DNA of 64,000 nucleotides from a virus (taxonomy: Duplodnaviria > Caudoviricetes). Of this stretch, positions 8,926 to 19,377 are shown one piece after another. The DNA is taken from positions 7,975 through 71,974 of the IMG/VR virus record IMGVR_UViG_3300033066_000364; one strand, given 5' to 3'. Within the stretch, counting starts at the first letter, position 1, and each line of letters opens with the position of its first letter. A program made the position numbers and the translations under genes. The notes below the pieces were generated by a model. That model had not been told where the DNA came from. It did no database searches and saw nothing but the letters and a program-made list of their open reading frames with translations.

Positions 8926-9672
8926 ATGAAGCATGTAGTGGCATTGAGTGGTGGCAAGGATTCGACGGCATTATCGGTGAGGTTGAGGGAGTTGAATCCT
9001 GGGGTGGATTACGAGTACATATTTACTCCGACTGGTAATGAGCCGCCTGAGATGGTGTCGCATTGGGTGAAGTTATCGGAGATATTGGGGAAGAAGTTGA
9101 CTCCGGTGGTTCATCCGTTGGGTTTGAATGGATTGATACGGGAGCAGAATGCGATACCGAACTGGCGACAGCGGTGGTGTACGAGGATGTTGAAGATAGA
9201 GCCATGTGCGGCGTGGTTGACGAAGAATGTGCCGTGTGTGCTTTATGTCGGATTGAGGGCGGACGAGGAGGAGCGGGAGGGTGGTGATTATTTGGGTGTG
9301 GATGGGGTGGAGATGAAGTTCCCGATGAGGGAATGGGGGTGGGTGGAGCGGGATGTTTATCAATATTTGGCGGACAAGGGGATATGTGTTCCGAAGAGGA
9401 CGGATTGCATGGTGTGTTTTTGGCAGAGGTTGATTGAGTGGTGGGAGTTTTGGGAGATGGCGTATGTGGTTGGGTCGGAGGAGCATAGGAGGGCGTGGGA
9501 GAAGGGGGAGGAGCAAGAGAGGTTGATAGGTCATACGTTTCGGTCGGACAGTAGGGATACGTGGCCAGCGTCGATGGAGGGGTTGAGGAAGGAGTTTGAG
9601 AGTGGTCGAGTTCCGAGGGATACGCGAAAGTCGCAGAATGGCGATTTGAAGTGTCGGGTGTGTCGAATGTAG
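8926..9672 (+). CDS. PAPS-reductase / DndC-like PP-loop family protein
   Basis: N-terminal VVALSGGKDS, FTPTGNE, RWCTRMLKIEP, and C-terminal CMVCF and CRVC motifs. Confidence 0.85.
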   Translation: MKHVVALSGGKDSTALSVRLRELNPGVDYEYIFTPTGNEPPEMVSHWVKLSEILGKKLTPVVHPLGLNGLIREQNAIPNWRQRWCTRMLKIEPCAAWLTKNVPCVLYVGLRADEEEREGGDYLGVDGVEMKFPMREWGWVERDVYQYLADKGICVPKRTDCMVCFWQRLIEWWEFWEMAYVVGSEEHRRAWEKGEEQERLIGHTFRSDSRDTWPASMEGLRKEFESGRVPRDTRKSQNGDLKCRVCRM

Positions 9673-9696
9673 TTTCTTTTGTGGGGGGGAATTCTT

Positions 9697-10089
9697 ATGG
9701 AGGGCGTAGGTATGGATGAGTTACGTGTGGCGGCGAAGCGGTTGGCAGAGGGGGAGTTTAGCGAAAACTACCCTGCGTTCATGGCTACGACGTTTGGTTT
9801 GGCGGATGGTTTTTTGTTGGCGAGAGCGTATCTTGCGGAGCATCCAGAGGATGATGGTGAGCCTGTGACGGAGGAGTGGTTGCGTAGTTCTGTAGGATGG
9901 ATTCCGGTTGAAGGTAGTGGGTACATTGGTCGAGACGGGATTATATTCTGTAAGGGTAGTGAAAGTGTCTATTCTGCGTGGTTGCAAATAAGTCAGTATT
10001 ACTACGACATGCGAAGGATTGTTCGAGTTGAAACTCGTGGCGATGTGCGGCGTCTATGCAAGGCGTTAGGGGTATCTTTGGTTGGATGA
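9697..10089 (+). CDS. hypothetical protein
   Basis: ORF track, start uncertain. Confidence 0.55.
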   Translation: MEGVGMDELRVAAKRLAEGEFSENYPAFMATTFGLADGFLLARAYLAEHPEDDGEPVTEEWLRSSVGWIPVEGSGYIGRDGIIFCKGSESVYSAWLQISQYYYDMRRIVRVETRGDVRRLCKALGVSLVG

Positions 10090-10493
10090 TGATTTTGTGC
10101 GTGGGTAGAAAAAGTGTGGTATAGTTTGGCGGGTGATTTTACGTACAAGATGAAAGTTGAGGTAGGTGATGGATGAGGGATATTCTGGGGTTGGTCAGGA
10201 CAGGAATTCTGAGATTTACAAGGAGTTTTTGTCGAGGGCGGCGAGGGCGTGTGCGTTGTTGAGGAAGTTGTCTGATGGTGGGAAGGAGATTTGGCCTATT
10301 CATATTATGGAGGTGCAAGAGGCTATTGTTAAGGAGTTAGGCGAGGTGTATTTCCTTGGGATAGGGGAGGACAAGTGATGTCGTATACACCATGGCCGTG
10401 GAAGATGACATTAAAGGATGATAATGACTTCTCGACGGAGGACGCTATCAGGCTTTCGTATGACGACGTTGAGCAATGGATGGAGATTCCGAA

Positions 10494-10835
10494 ATGAGCC
10501 ATCGTGATAGTTTCATAGCGGCGCTGGATGCGAACCCATCTGATCAGGTTACGAGGTCGATCTTTGCGGACTGGTTGGAGGAGAATGGAGATGGCGCGAG
10601 TGATTTGATACTGGCGAATGGTTTGCGATGGATGGCGGCGAATGACAAGTGGCCTATAAGCGCTTATAAAGACCAATGGGATTGGTTTTCGGCTGGAAGT
10701 GAGCATTACACAATAACAGAAGATTACGGCATTACAAAATCCCAAGGACGATGGTGGAAAACACATCACCCATCTGCCCATGCCGCCGAAGTAGCCCTTG
10801 CCGAGTCGTTGTGGGAAGCGGGCATAACCAAGTAA
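10494..10835 (+). CDS. TIGR02996-like (planctomycete/myxobacterial repeat-companion) domain protein
   Basis: N-terminal DSFIAALDANPSDQVTRSIFADWLEENGD motif. Confidence 0.8.
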   Translation: MSHRDSFIAALDANPSDQVTRSIFADWLEENGDGASDLILANGLRWMAANDKWPISAYKDQWDWFSAGSEHYTITEDYGITKSQGRWWKTHHPSAHAAEVALAESLWEAGITK

Positions 10836-10885
10836 AGCAAAAAGTGCAATATTGCACAGTGTGTCTTTTAACCAAGGGAGAACTG

Positions 10886-11374
10886 ATGAATTCGTTAATG
10901 TGTGCGTTTTTGGTAGTGGCGATGGTTCCACCGACTAAAGCTGGGGCGGATGCTGCACAAAAGAGTGCTGGCGATTCTGCGGTCAGTGCGGTGGATTACA
11001 AACTGGGAGCGACGAAGTATCGCGAGTTCCAGACAACGAGGATTGCGGCGGCGTATGCGAGCTACGTTGCCGTGAAGAATAGCCTGTCCGAGACGGATGC
11101 GTTCTTCTTAGCATTGTCGTTCACGAAGCTCGATACCCAGGTCGCGTCGTGTGACGGATACATTGTTGCTGGTGATGGATGCGTTGATTCTGGAACGACG
11201 CATGTGGAGGCGGCGACGGCATCATATGCTTTGGAGAAGTGGGGAGATGCGATTGATTCCTACAATTCTGCTTTTGCGGAGTACGAGAATGCGGGCGGCA
11301 ACTACAAGAATGCGAATGAGTCGATTAGTGATGATTTGATTGCTCTGGTGGAGCAGACGCTAAAGGGATATTGA
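10886..11374 (+). CDS. secreted/membrane helical protein
   Basis: Hydrophobic N-terminal signal-like segment; AAGGGAG RBS. Confidence 0.6.
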   Translation: MNSLMCAFLVVAMVPPTKAGADAAQKSAGDSAVSAVDYKLGATKYREFQTTRIAAAYASYVAVKNSLSETDAFFLALSFTKLDTQVASCDGYIVAGDGCVDSGTTHVEAATASYALEKWGDAIDSYNSAFAEYENAGGNYKNANESISDDLIALVEQTLKGY

Positions 11375-11386
11375 TGTGTGGTGCGT

Positions 11387-11421
11387 GCCCCGTCTGCTTG
11401 TTGCAGCGGGGCTTTTTATTT
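11387..11421 (+). terminator. intrinsic terminator
   Basis: GCCCCG...CGGGGC stem followed by a T-tract. Confidence 0.75.
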
Positions 11422-11578
11422 GCATTTCCCGAAAGATGGTGCATAGTTGAGTGCCTGTGCACGCACGTTGCGGCGGGGACATTCTGTATTCATCCTTTCA
11501 AGGAGACAGCGGTAAACGGTTAGTCGTCAGAGGTTCCCCTGTACGTGTTGTGCAGGGGTTTTCTTTATCGAGAGACAC

Positions 11579-13201
11579 ATGAAATCCGAGTTCATGCACC
11601 TATGCACGGAACACGAGCCGTTCCAGTTTGGCCAGAATGAGATATGCCGCCACTGTGGGGCGAGAATGACCAATGGGGTGTCTGTGGAGAAGCATGGTCC
11701 GTGCGTCGATCCTGGCCACAGCAAAGGGGTATCGGCGATAGTTGGCAAAGTGGTGAGTTGGCAATGTGGATGCGGGAGGACATGGGATGAAAACTCCTAT
11801 AATTAATCAACGTCTATTCATGATTGATTGGAAAAAAGGCGAGCCATATTTTAAGTTCGGTGTTGTCTCAAGAGTAACGAAAAAAACATTTGATGTTTCG
11901 TTTGCGGGCGGAATAGACAAGAGTTTGGATTATTGCTTACTTGGAGAAGTGTGGCACACTGACAATTGGCTAGGTGCTTTAGATAAAGAAATGGTGTCTC
12001 TTCTTGGGTCTATCGCTCTTGGAGAAGAATTTAGATCGTGGTCTGTTAAAAAGAAGGTGTCTTGTATAAACAGATTGTGGAGACTCAGGAGTAAGTGCAT
12101 AAAGAAGTTGGGAGTAAAGAAAAAATGAAAGAAGTTATTGATTTGATTGAGGCGGCAAAGTCTGACTTGATGGTTCGAGATTATCTGTGTGAACACATTG
12201 CTGCCGCCGAGCGGTGGGTTGCTAAGGAAAGAGAGTTGGAGAAGTCATTTGTGATGGCGATAGAAGCCCTGGTCAATGCGAACAAGGCAGATCGAGACAT
12301 TCCCGATGGTGTGCCATGAATCCGACATCGAGGTTGTTCATCGAGATAACCAAGAATGGCAAGACGACTCTGTACAGGCTAGAGCGAATGGAATCAGACA
12401 AACTGATCTGGCGTCTGATATCTCCGAAGGGGGATCAGTACGAGGTGGTGGTAGAGAGTAACGGTTACGTGACGTGTACGTGTGCGGATTGCTCGTTTAA
12501 TCACGACAAGATATGTAAGCACACGCGGGCGTTAAAAGCGGAGAAGTTGATATGGGTTTAGAGTATGAAGCGGCACTTGAAGTGAAAACAGGACTCTACA
12601 GCATAGAACTTATGCTTGGAAGAATCTGCGAATCACAGTACATGAACGCACCTACGAGGCGCGAACGCATCGCAATCGCAGCCTTGCAAGGGATTTTAGC
12701 AGACCCGAATTCGTCTGGGTCATATGCCGAAATAGCCAACAAATCAGTAGAGTGGGCTGATGCACTCATTGCTGAACTCGACAAAACGGAGAACAGTCAA
12801 TGACAAAGACCGAGTTCATTGCCTTGTGCCACAGTGACTTCGAGGTAAAGAGAAAGCGTGGCTGGCACACGGAGAAGTGTCACGAGGCCGAGCAATGGGT
12901 AGTGCCGCAACTGATGAGTTACTTGTTTGCGGAAGGCGCAATTGCGGCGATGTATCAGAATGGTCATGATGTGGGACTGTTAACAAAGGCAAACGAGTGG
13001 TTTGAGAAAGAAATAGAGAGGCCGCAAAATGAGTGACGAGCCGGAAGACTGGATTATCGGCCCTTACGAGACGATGTGGGTGGATGACATTGGCGGCATC
13101 GAGGATATGTGCAACTTCATCCATATGTCGGGTGGAGAGCCGATAGCGATCTTCGACGACGGGAATGGCGGATATGGAATCGTGGCGAAGTGGAGTGAGT
13201 A
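11579..13201 (+). other. run of small overlapping accessory ORFs (11579-11806 Cys/His-rich, ~11787-12128, 12125-12319, 12552-12803, 12800-13036, ~13029-13201)
   Basis: Tightly coupled start/stop overlaps; no function recognisable apart from the SWIM protein listed separately. Confidence 0.6.
12316..12561 (+). CDS. SWIM zinc-finger protein
   Basis: YEV...CTCADCSFNHDKICKH matches CxCxDx(n)CKH. Confidence 0.75.
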   Translation: MNPTSRLFIEITKNGKTTLYRLERMESDKLIWRLISPKGDQYEVVVESNGYVTCTCADCSFNHDKICKHTRALKAEKLIWV

Positions 13202-13203
13202 GT

Positions 13204-13440
13204 CTACTGGCACGGCTCCCCATCGTGAGAAAGACCTTTGAGTGGTGTGGTTGGTATTGGTGGTGGAGCATCGGGTGGCAGGTAGGGCTTCATGACGTTC
13301 TCGGATTGATCGGATAGGCAGCGGCGGCGAATCCATTCGGAGATGGTGAGTCCAGCGTTGGTGGCGCGTTTATTGATCTTCTTCTTCTCGGATTCGGTGA
13401 GTCGGATTTCAATTCTGCTTTCAAGTTTATCTGTCTTCAT
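13204..13440 (-). CDS. MobC/Arc-like ribbon-helix-helix regulator
   Basis: RIEIRLTESEKKKINKRATNAGLTISEWIR; transcribed divergently from the Clp-N/terL promoter. Confidence 0.75.
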   Translation of the reverse strand: MKTDKLESRIEIRLTESEKKKINKRATNAGLTISEWIRRRCLSDQSENVMKPYLPPDAPPPIPTTPLKGLSHDGEPCQ

Positions 13441-13453
13441 GTCGTTATCCTGT

Positions 13454-13482
13454 TTGACGTAGCGACGAAACAATGATAGGAT
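13454..13482 (+). promoter_or_regulatory. sigma70-type promoter for the Clp-N/terL operon
   Basis: TTGACG-N17-TAGGAT. Confidence 0.65.
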
Positions 13483-13518
13483 TGTACGGGAGATTCTTAA
13501 TTCAAGCAAGAGGGTATT

Positions 13519-14148
13519 ATGTACGAGAAGTTTACGGATCGTCTGCGAAAGGTAATGCAACTGGCTAATCAAGAAGCACAGCGATTGAACCACGAGTATG
13601 TGGGTACGGAGCATATTTTGCTTGGCTTGATAAAGGAAGGCTCTGGTGTTGCGATTGCTGTGCTAAAAGAACTCGGCGTTGATCTTGGCCAGATTCGTAT
13701 GGGTGTTGAGAAGATTTGTATTCCTGGTCCAAGTATGGTTACTATGGGTAAGTTGCCGCACACGCCAAGGGCGCAGGTGGCGATAAAGTTCGCCATCGAA
13801 GAGTCGGCAAGGATGGGTGATAGACACGTCGGAACAGAGCATATGTTGATTGGGTTTATGCTGGACTACGAAAGTGTGGCCAAGTTCGTCCTGTGCGGGC
13901 TGACGACTATTGAAGCCGTGCGGAGCAAGGTGGCAGAGATAAGGGTTGCTGGTCAGGCGAAAAACGCCGTTATGCAGCACATTGAGAAGGTGTATGGCAT
14001 CAGGATGCAGTACATTGAGATGATGGCTGCTTCTTTTGCTGCGCACACCAATTTACCCATTGATGAGTGCGAACTGGTGGAGCAGGGGCACGATGACGGC
14101 AAAACGTCGTGGTACTTTCGTAAACGTCCTACTGGTGGTCAATCATGA
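13519..14148 (+). CDS. stand-alone ClpC/ClpA N-terminal double-repeat domain with unrelated C-terminal extension
   Basis: MYEKFTDRLRKVMQLANQEAQRLNHEYVGTEHILLGL...TPRAQ...HVGTEHMLIG; no AAA+ domain follows. Confidence 0.9.
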   Translation: MYEKFTDRLRKVMQLANQEAQRLNHEYVGTEHILLGLIKEGSGVAIAVLKELGVDLGQIRMGVEKICIPGPSMVTMGKLPHTPRAQVAIKFAIEESARMGDRHVGTEHMLIGFMLDYESVAKFVLCGLTTIEAVRSKVAEIRVAGQAKNAVMQHIEKVYGIRMQYIEMMAASFAAHTNLPIDECELVEQGHDDGKTSWYFRKRPTGGQS

Positions 14149-15905
14149 TCGACGATCTTTCCGACATCCTATCATCGCTGACACCAGAGCCAAAGACTCT
14201 ATGCGAGAGTGCAATGGTGGAAGCGGCACAATTGCTGGCTCCCGCAGGAGAAGGTTTGTTCGCGAAGTATCGATATGACGCCTTGGGGTATTTCAAGGAT
14301 GTATTGAAGACGAAGTACCTATCGGAAGCACAGTTGCGAATCTTGAAGTTGGTCAGTACGCCAGCGAATGATGATTGGAAGCGTAAACTCGCCGTAGGAT
14401 CGTCAACAAATTTTGGCAAAACTTTTTTGATAGGTGGCCTAACTAATTGGTACTACGATGCTTGGGGTCCGTGTGTCGTTGCAACAACGGCTCCATCATA
14501 TCAATCCGTGGTCGATCTTTTGTGGAAGGAAGTCCGCGTCCAGAGGTCCAAGGCAGATAACAAATGGGGGATAGGTCCACACGACTTTATTGGTCCACAA
14601 GCCCCACAGATGCGAAGGTCGGCGGATTGGTGGGCAAAGGGGTTTGTGGCGACAAAGGGCGAGAACTGGAAGGGGCGTCACGACTCGAATATGTTCTTCG
14701 TCTTCGACGAAGCTACGGCCCTCATGGACTTGTACTTTCGCATGACGAAGACGATGTTCAAGACGGATTGCTCACATCTATGGTTGTGTACCTACAACCC
14801 GACCGATGCTTCTTCCCCTCTCTATCAGGAAATCATGGGTGCGGATAGTGACTGGGAAATAATCGAGTTGTCATCGCTGGATCATCCCAACGTGATAGCC
14901 GAACTGCGTGGCGATCCTGCGCCGATTCCACCAGCGGTATCTTTGTCGCAACTCGAAGACGCGATGAGGGATGAATGTGATCCAATTGATGCTGCTGATG
15001 CCAAAGCAACTGACTTTGAATGGCGTCCTGGTAGTGGTAGGTGGTTTCGCCCAAGTGCCGTTTTTGAAGGCAACTTCATGGGAAGGTGGCCTACAAACGA
15101 TGAGTCGTCGTTGTGGTCCGACGCTCTATGGAAGGCAAGTTCGGTTCCGCTCAAATGGAGCGAGGTGAAGATCACGCTTGATGAGTTACCACGGTTGGGA
15201 TGTGACGTGGCGTATCTTGGCAAGGCAAAGACCTCGATCAGTGTGACGTGGGGAGACTACGCCGTATTCCACGAGAGTAAGGGTGGACAACAGCCGATGA
15301 GGACGGTGGGGCGTTTGGTGGAACTGGCGGAAGAATGGGCAGAGAAGTACAACGAGCAGGCGCGTAAGGCTGGGACGAGGCAGATATCTGGCAAACAGAT
15401 TCCGATTAAGGTAGACGACCAGGGGATTGGTGGCGGGGTTGTATCGAGGCTTCGGGAACTCCAGTATAACGTGTGGCCAGTTGGTGCGAGTGACCGACCA
15501 CTGAGGCCGACACGGTATTACGATAAGCGATCCGAGTTGTGGTTCGTGACGAAAGAGCGAGCCAGCATGGGCAAGGTGAAGTTAGGATTGCTCGATAGTA
15601 AGATGTTGAGTTTGATACGAAAGCAGGCGATGGCTCCGATGTGGGAGTTGATGTCGAGTGGGCAGCGAAGAGTCGAGCGTAAGGAGATGACGGAATCGCG
15701 ACTTGGCACGAGCATTGACGAGATGGACGCGGTGAACCTGAGTTATTACCACGTCGATCTGGCGAGTCCTGAGTTAATCAGGGTAGACCCATCAGGCTTC
15801 ATAGAACGCACGCAGGAGGCAATCAAAGAGGAAAGGCAGACAGGAGCCTCATATGGGTGGAGGCAGGGCAGAGACAGCCGCAGGGGGCTTTTTAAGAGGT
15901 ACTAG
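14145..15905 (+). CDS. terL: terminase large subunit
   Basis: Walker A-like SSTNFGKT, Walker B FFVFDEA, RNase H-like LGCDVA and VDDQGIGGGV; upstream of portal. Confidence 0.9.
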   Translation: MIDDLSDILSSLTPEPKTLCESAMVEAAQLLAPAGEGLFAKYRYDALGYFKDVLKTKYLSEAQLRILKLVSTPANDDWKRKLAVGSSTNFGKTFLIGGLTNWYYDAWGPCVVATTAPSYQSVVDLLWKEVRVQRSKADNKWGIGPHDFIGPQAPQMRRSADWWAKGFVATKGENWKGRHDSNMFFVFDEATALMDLYFRMTKTMFKTDCSHLWLCTYNPTDASSPLYQEIMGADSDWEIIELSSLDHPNVIAELRGDPAPIPPAVSLSQLEDAMRDECDPIDAADAKATDFEWRPGSGRWFRPSAVFEGNFMGRWPTNDESSLWSDALWKASSVPLKWSEVKITLDELPRLGCDVAYLGKAKTSISVTWGDYAVFHESKGGQQPMRTVGRLVELAEEWAEKYNEQARKAGTRQISGKQIPIKVDDQGIGGGVVSRLRELQYNVWPVGASDRPLRPTRYYDKRSELWFVTKERASMGKVKLGLLDSKMLSLIRKQAMAPMWELMSSGQRRVERKEMTESRLGTSIDEMDAVNLSYYHVDLASPELIRVDPSGFIERTQEAIKEERQTGASYGWRQGRDSRRGLFKRY

Positions 15906-15908
15906 CGG

Positions 15909-17575
15909 ATGAATGATGTAAAGTTGGGGTGCTATCTATCAGAAGAAGATACCGTTTTGTTTTTTGAAAACAATCTTATTCCAAAAACATGCGGGTCGTG
16001 CAGGTTTTTTGATGAAATCGAAAATCCTACATGGGTAGATAGCCGTGTACACGATTCTTCTACTGGCAGAGGGGTTTGTTACGAAGGTTTTTGTCGTCGA
16101 TATCCTCCATCGTTTTACGATAAAGATGCAGAACAATGTAATTGGCCTCTCGTTGATTATGACGAATGGTGCGGAGAGTACAAGACTCGCGAAGAATAGT
16201 CAAAATAAGAGGGACTATCGATGGAAGAGTCCGAGTTCAAGGCTAAACTGATCGCGGAATGGCAAGATAGGAACAAAAGAGCCGAGGAATGGTATTGGCG
16301 CAACTACAACGCCAACATGGGAATTACGTGCAGGCACATGAATGGCGTTCCGGCATGGGGTAAGTGCCAGGAGTGCGAAAGGAATGATCGAAAATTCCGT
16401 CATCTATGCCGCCGCACATGGATTCGTGTGGTAAGGTTCTTTCGGTGGATGATGTCGTTGTAAATGGAGTCATAGTTATGGATGTAAGGGTAAATAACAA
16501 GCCGACGTGTGATTGCGAGGTGTTCGCAAAAGACCTTGGCGATGAAATGAAGAAGTATTACTATCCGTGCGAAAAGCACAAAAGGATGCTCGACGAACTT
16601 TCGGCAATTGACGATTTGTTCGATAAAGGCATTGCGTTCCATCTTCACATGGAAGATTTCGCAAAAGAGGCGGTAAACAATTGAGTGCAATATTGCACTT
16701 CTGGTTACAGAAAAGAAAGGTTTTTGGATATAAAAATGGATTGGCTTGACTGCAAGAGTCTTGAAGAGGCTTACCATAAAGGATTTGCCAACGGAATGAA
16801 AGTTGGCTCGCGTATTGCGGTTGTATCATTCGTGATAACCGTAGTTCTTTTCTTCTTTTTGCAGAAGGCTTTTGGGTGCAATATTGCACTTTTTAACTAG
16901 GGAGAATTTCGCATGGATCAGTTAAGTTTCGGACTGCCATCGACAGGATCGGACATCCATTTTACGTGGAGTGGCGGCATGATTACGTTGTCGGACAAGT
17001 TTACGGGCGACATCAGGCTGGCGGATGGTGATTGTATTCGTATCGAGGATGGGAAGTGGATTTACAGGACGTTTGGCGAGTGCAAGCCAGCGCAAATACA
17101 GCACGTTTGCCCCTCTTGCGGTGTGGGGGAAGGCGATGTGTGTGATCCAAGTTGCGATGCCAGAAAAGAAAGAGTCGCTATGTATGTGGCAGAAAAGGCG
17201 AGCATGGAGGGGAATGTCATAGTGCCTAATCAGCCGCATTATGTCTGGCAATTTAAGCAAGTTGATAGCCCTGGCCCTTCGGAGCGTGCCGAGGTGGAGT
17301 TGCGGATAAAACAAGCCGAGCGATTGCCCCATCCGTGCGTCCAGAACGTTGTTGCTGGCGAGGACATTGGGGCAGGGCAGTTTGTCCAGATGAAGGGAGA
17401 AGGTCCGCTACGCGCGGCATACAGGTGCTTTAAGATCGCAGAGGATATGAGAGAAGCAATGCACGAGCATTTTTCGATGTATGCCTTTCCGGCATGGGCA
17501 ACGAATCAGTCGTCGTGCAAGTGCGCATCTCTACTACATGGTCATGAGCCAGGGTGTCCGATTCAAGGCAAATAA
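15909..17575 (+). other. small accessory ORFs between terL and portal (15909-16199 Cys-rich, 16221-16463, ~16478-16684, ~16735-16900, 16913-17575)
   Basis: ORF track plus RBS-like motifs; functions unknown. Confidence 0.55.
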
Positions 17576-17590
17576 ATCTCATCGTGAAAT

Positions 17591-17619
17591 TTGACTGATA
17601 GCGCTTTATGTGGTAGTAT
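17591..17619 (+). promoter_or_regulatory. sigma70-type promoter upstream of portal
   Basis: TTGACT-N17-TAGTAT. Confidence 0.65.
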
Positions 17620-17712
17620 TCCACCAAAAATAAAGTAGTGCGCCTCATTTCTTCTCGACAAATCAACGTAACTCCGTTAGAGTAAACACAAATCTAACGG
17701 AGTTATTGCGCA

Positions 17713-19377
17713 ATGCCGCCACTAATACCACGTCCGCCAAAGCAACAATCTTCCTTCACGAAGATTGATATGCGCCCCCACATGCAACCAAGCGGACCTG
17801 GGCAAAACCCTGAAAATTCCTTTGCAGTTCCTCACGTTCTAAGCCTCCAAGCCGTCATTGGTTCGGCTTGGAATACATACATGCATCAATTTTGGGACGA
17901 GTCGGTTCGCAACAGTTACGTCAATGCCCAAGCGATGATGAATGATCCATTCCTGATGCGTTTACTGAATGAGCGCAAACACGCCGTATGCTCGCTAAAG
18001 GTTAGTATCGAGGTTGATAATGACCAAGACCCTTGGCAGAAGGCGGTAAAAGACTCCCTGACGCAGCAATGGAAGGCAATCCCAAACTCTTATGATCTGA
18101 ATTGGGCATTACTTGATGCCATTTGGTTTGGTCGTGCTGGATCGCAATTCAATTGGGAATGGAAGGTTTCCGATCTGCCAGCCCTGCCAAGGGCCGGAGG
18201 TGCATCACCAGGGCTTCCGGCGATATTGGGGGCATCGACAGGCCGAGAGAAGCGTCGAGTGCTTGCGATGCGAAACCATATGCCTTACGAGGGCGACAAG
18301 ATTGGGTATGATTATTTCGGTTGTCCGTATGTTTTGATATCGACGACGGCAGAAGTGGCGTTGAAGGACACGGATGCGATTGTCGGTCAGGTTCCGCCGA
18401 TTCACGCACGTTCGATGGAGACAGGATACACCACGACTGGCGGTAAGGCATTGTTCTTGCGTAACTCGTCATGGCGTGAGAAGTTTGCTATCCATGCTCA
18501 CGAATGCAAAGACATGCCATTCACTAATGGCTATGCTGGTGACTCGATTCATGGTATGGGCATCAGGACGGTAATCTACTGGTACTGGTGGCTCCGCGAC
18601 GAATTCATGTCAAATGTGGCCGATTGGTGCGCTCGCACAGGGTTAGGTATCAGGCTTTGGTACTATGATGCGAGCAACCCGCAGAGTAAAGCGGAAGTAT
18701 CACAAGTCGCGAAAGACCAGTCGGACAAAGTAAACATCATGGTTCCTCGATTCCCTGGGCAAGAGGCTCAAGAAGGGGTGACGTTTGTAGACACAAGTAG
18801 CAGCGGTGCGGACTTACTACTTCGATTGATCCAGTATCTCGACGAGAACATTGAGTTGTATGTGTTGGGCCAGTCGATGTCTCGCGGTTCACAGGAAAAC
18901 AACGGGAGCGGATTCGGTGACAGGGGTAGGGCCGATTTTGCGATGTCAACGAAGCACCAAATTACCAAGATGGATGCGGCGAAATTTGGTGATACGATGA
19001 CAAATGACGTTCTCGGCGTCATGAAGAAATGGAGTTTGCCAAAGGATTTGCAAGAGATACCAGCCAGGGTAGTTTATTCAGTTGATTCGCCAAATGTTTC
19101 TGACTATATGTCTGGCGTTAAAACGTACATCGAGTTAGGCGGGACCGCGAGAGATGCAGAGGTCAGGAATGTTCTTGGCCTTGGCGATCCTCACGAGGGC
19201 GAGCCTATTCTTGGAGGGGAGAAATTCATGCAAATGAAGAACTCCAAAAACAACATGAACGAAGAAGGCGGCAAAAAAATAGACCACGACGAACTTCCTG
19301 CTGGCGAGAAGAAGGGAGTTGGTGCAGCGGTCGGTGATTACAAAAATGGGCGAGCAAACGGGTTTATTGCTCCATAA
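17713..19377 (+). CDS. portal protein (Mu gp29/DUF935-like)
   Basis: 554 aa after terL; LLDAIWFGRA, YWYWWLR and IELYVLGQSMS segments resemble the DUF935 portal family. Confidence 0.8.
   Translation: MPPLIPRPPKQQSSFTKIDMRPHMQPSGPGQNPENSFAVPHVLSLQAVIGSAWNTYMHQFWDESVRNSYVNAQAMMNDPFLMRLLNERKHAVCSLKVSIEVDNDQDPWQKAVKDSLTQQWKAIPNSYDLNWALLDAIWFGRAGSQFNWEWKVSDLPALPRAGGASPGLPAILGASTGREKRRVLAMRNHMPYEGDKIGYDYFGCPYVLISTTAEVALKDTDAIVGQVPPIHARSMETGYTTTGGKALFLRNSSWREKFAIHAHECKDMPFTNGYAGDSIHGMGIRTVIYWYWWLRDEFMSNVADWCARTGLGIRLWYYDASNPQSKAEVSQVAKDQSDKVNIMVPRFPGQEAQEGVTFVDTSSSGADLLLRLIQYLDENIELYVLGQSMSRGSQENNGSGFGDRGRADFAMSTKHQITKMDAAKFGDTMTNDVLGVMKKWSLPKDLQEIPARVVYSVDSPNVSDYMSGVKTYIELGGTARDAEVRNVLGLGDPHEGEPILGGEKFMQMKNSKNNMNEEGGKKIDHDELPAGEKKGVGAAVGDYKNGRANGFIAP

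Noticed and set aside
16913-17575. VVAGEDIGAGQFVQM resembling a capsid-decoration motif
   Set aside because: Too short and embedded in an otherwise unrelated mosaic ORF
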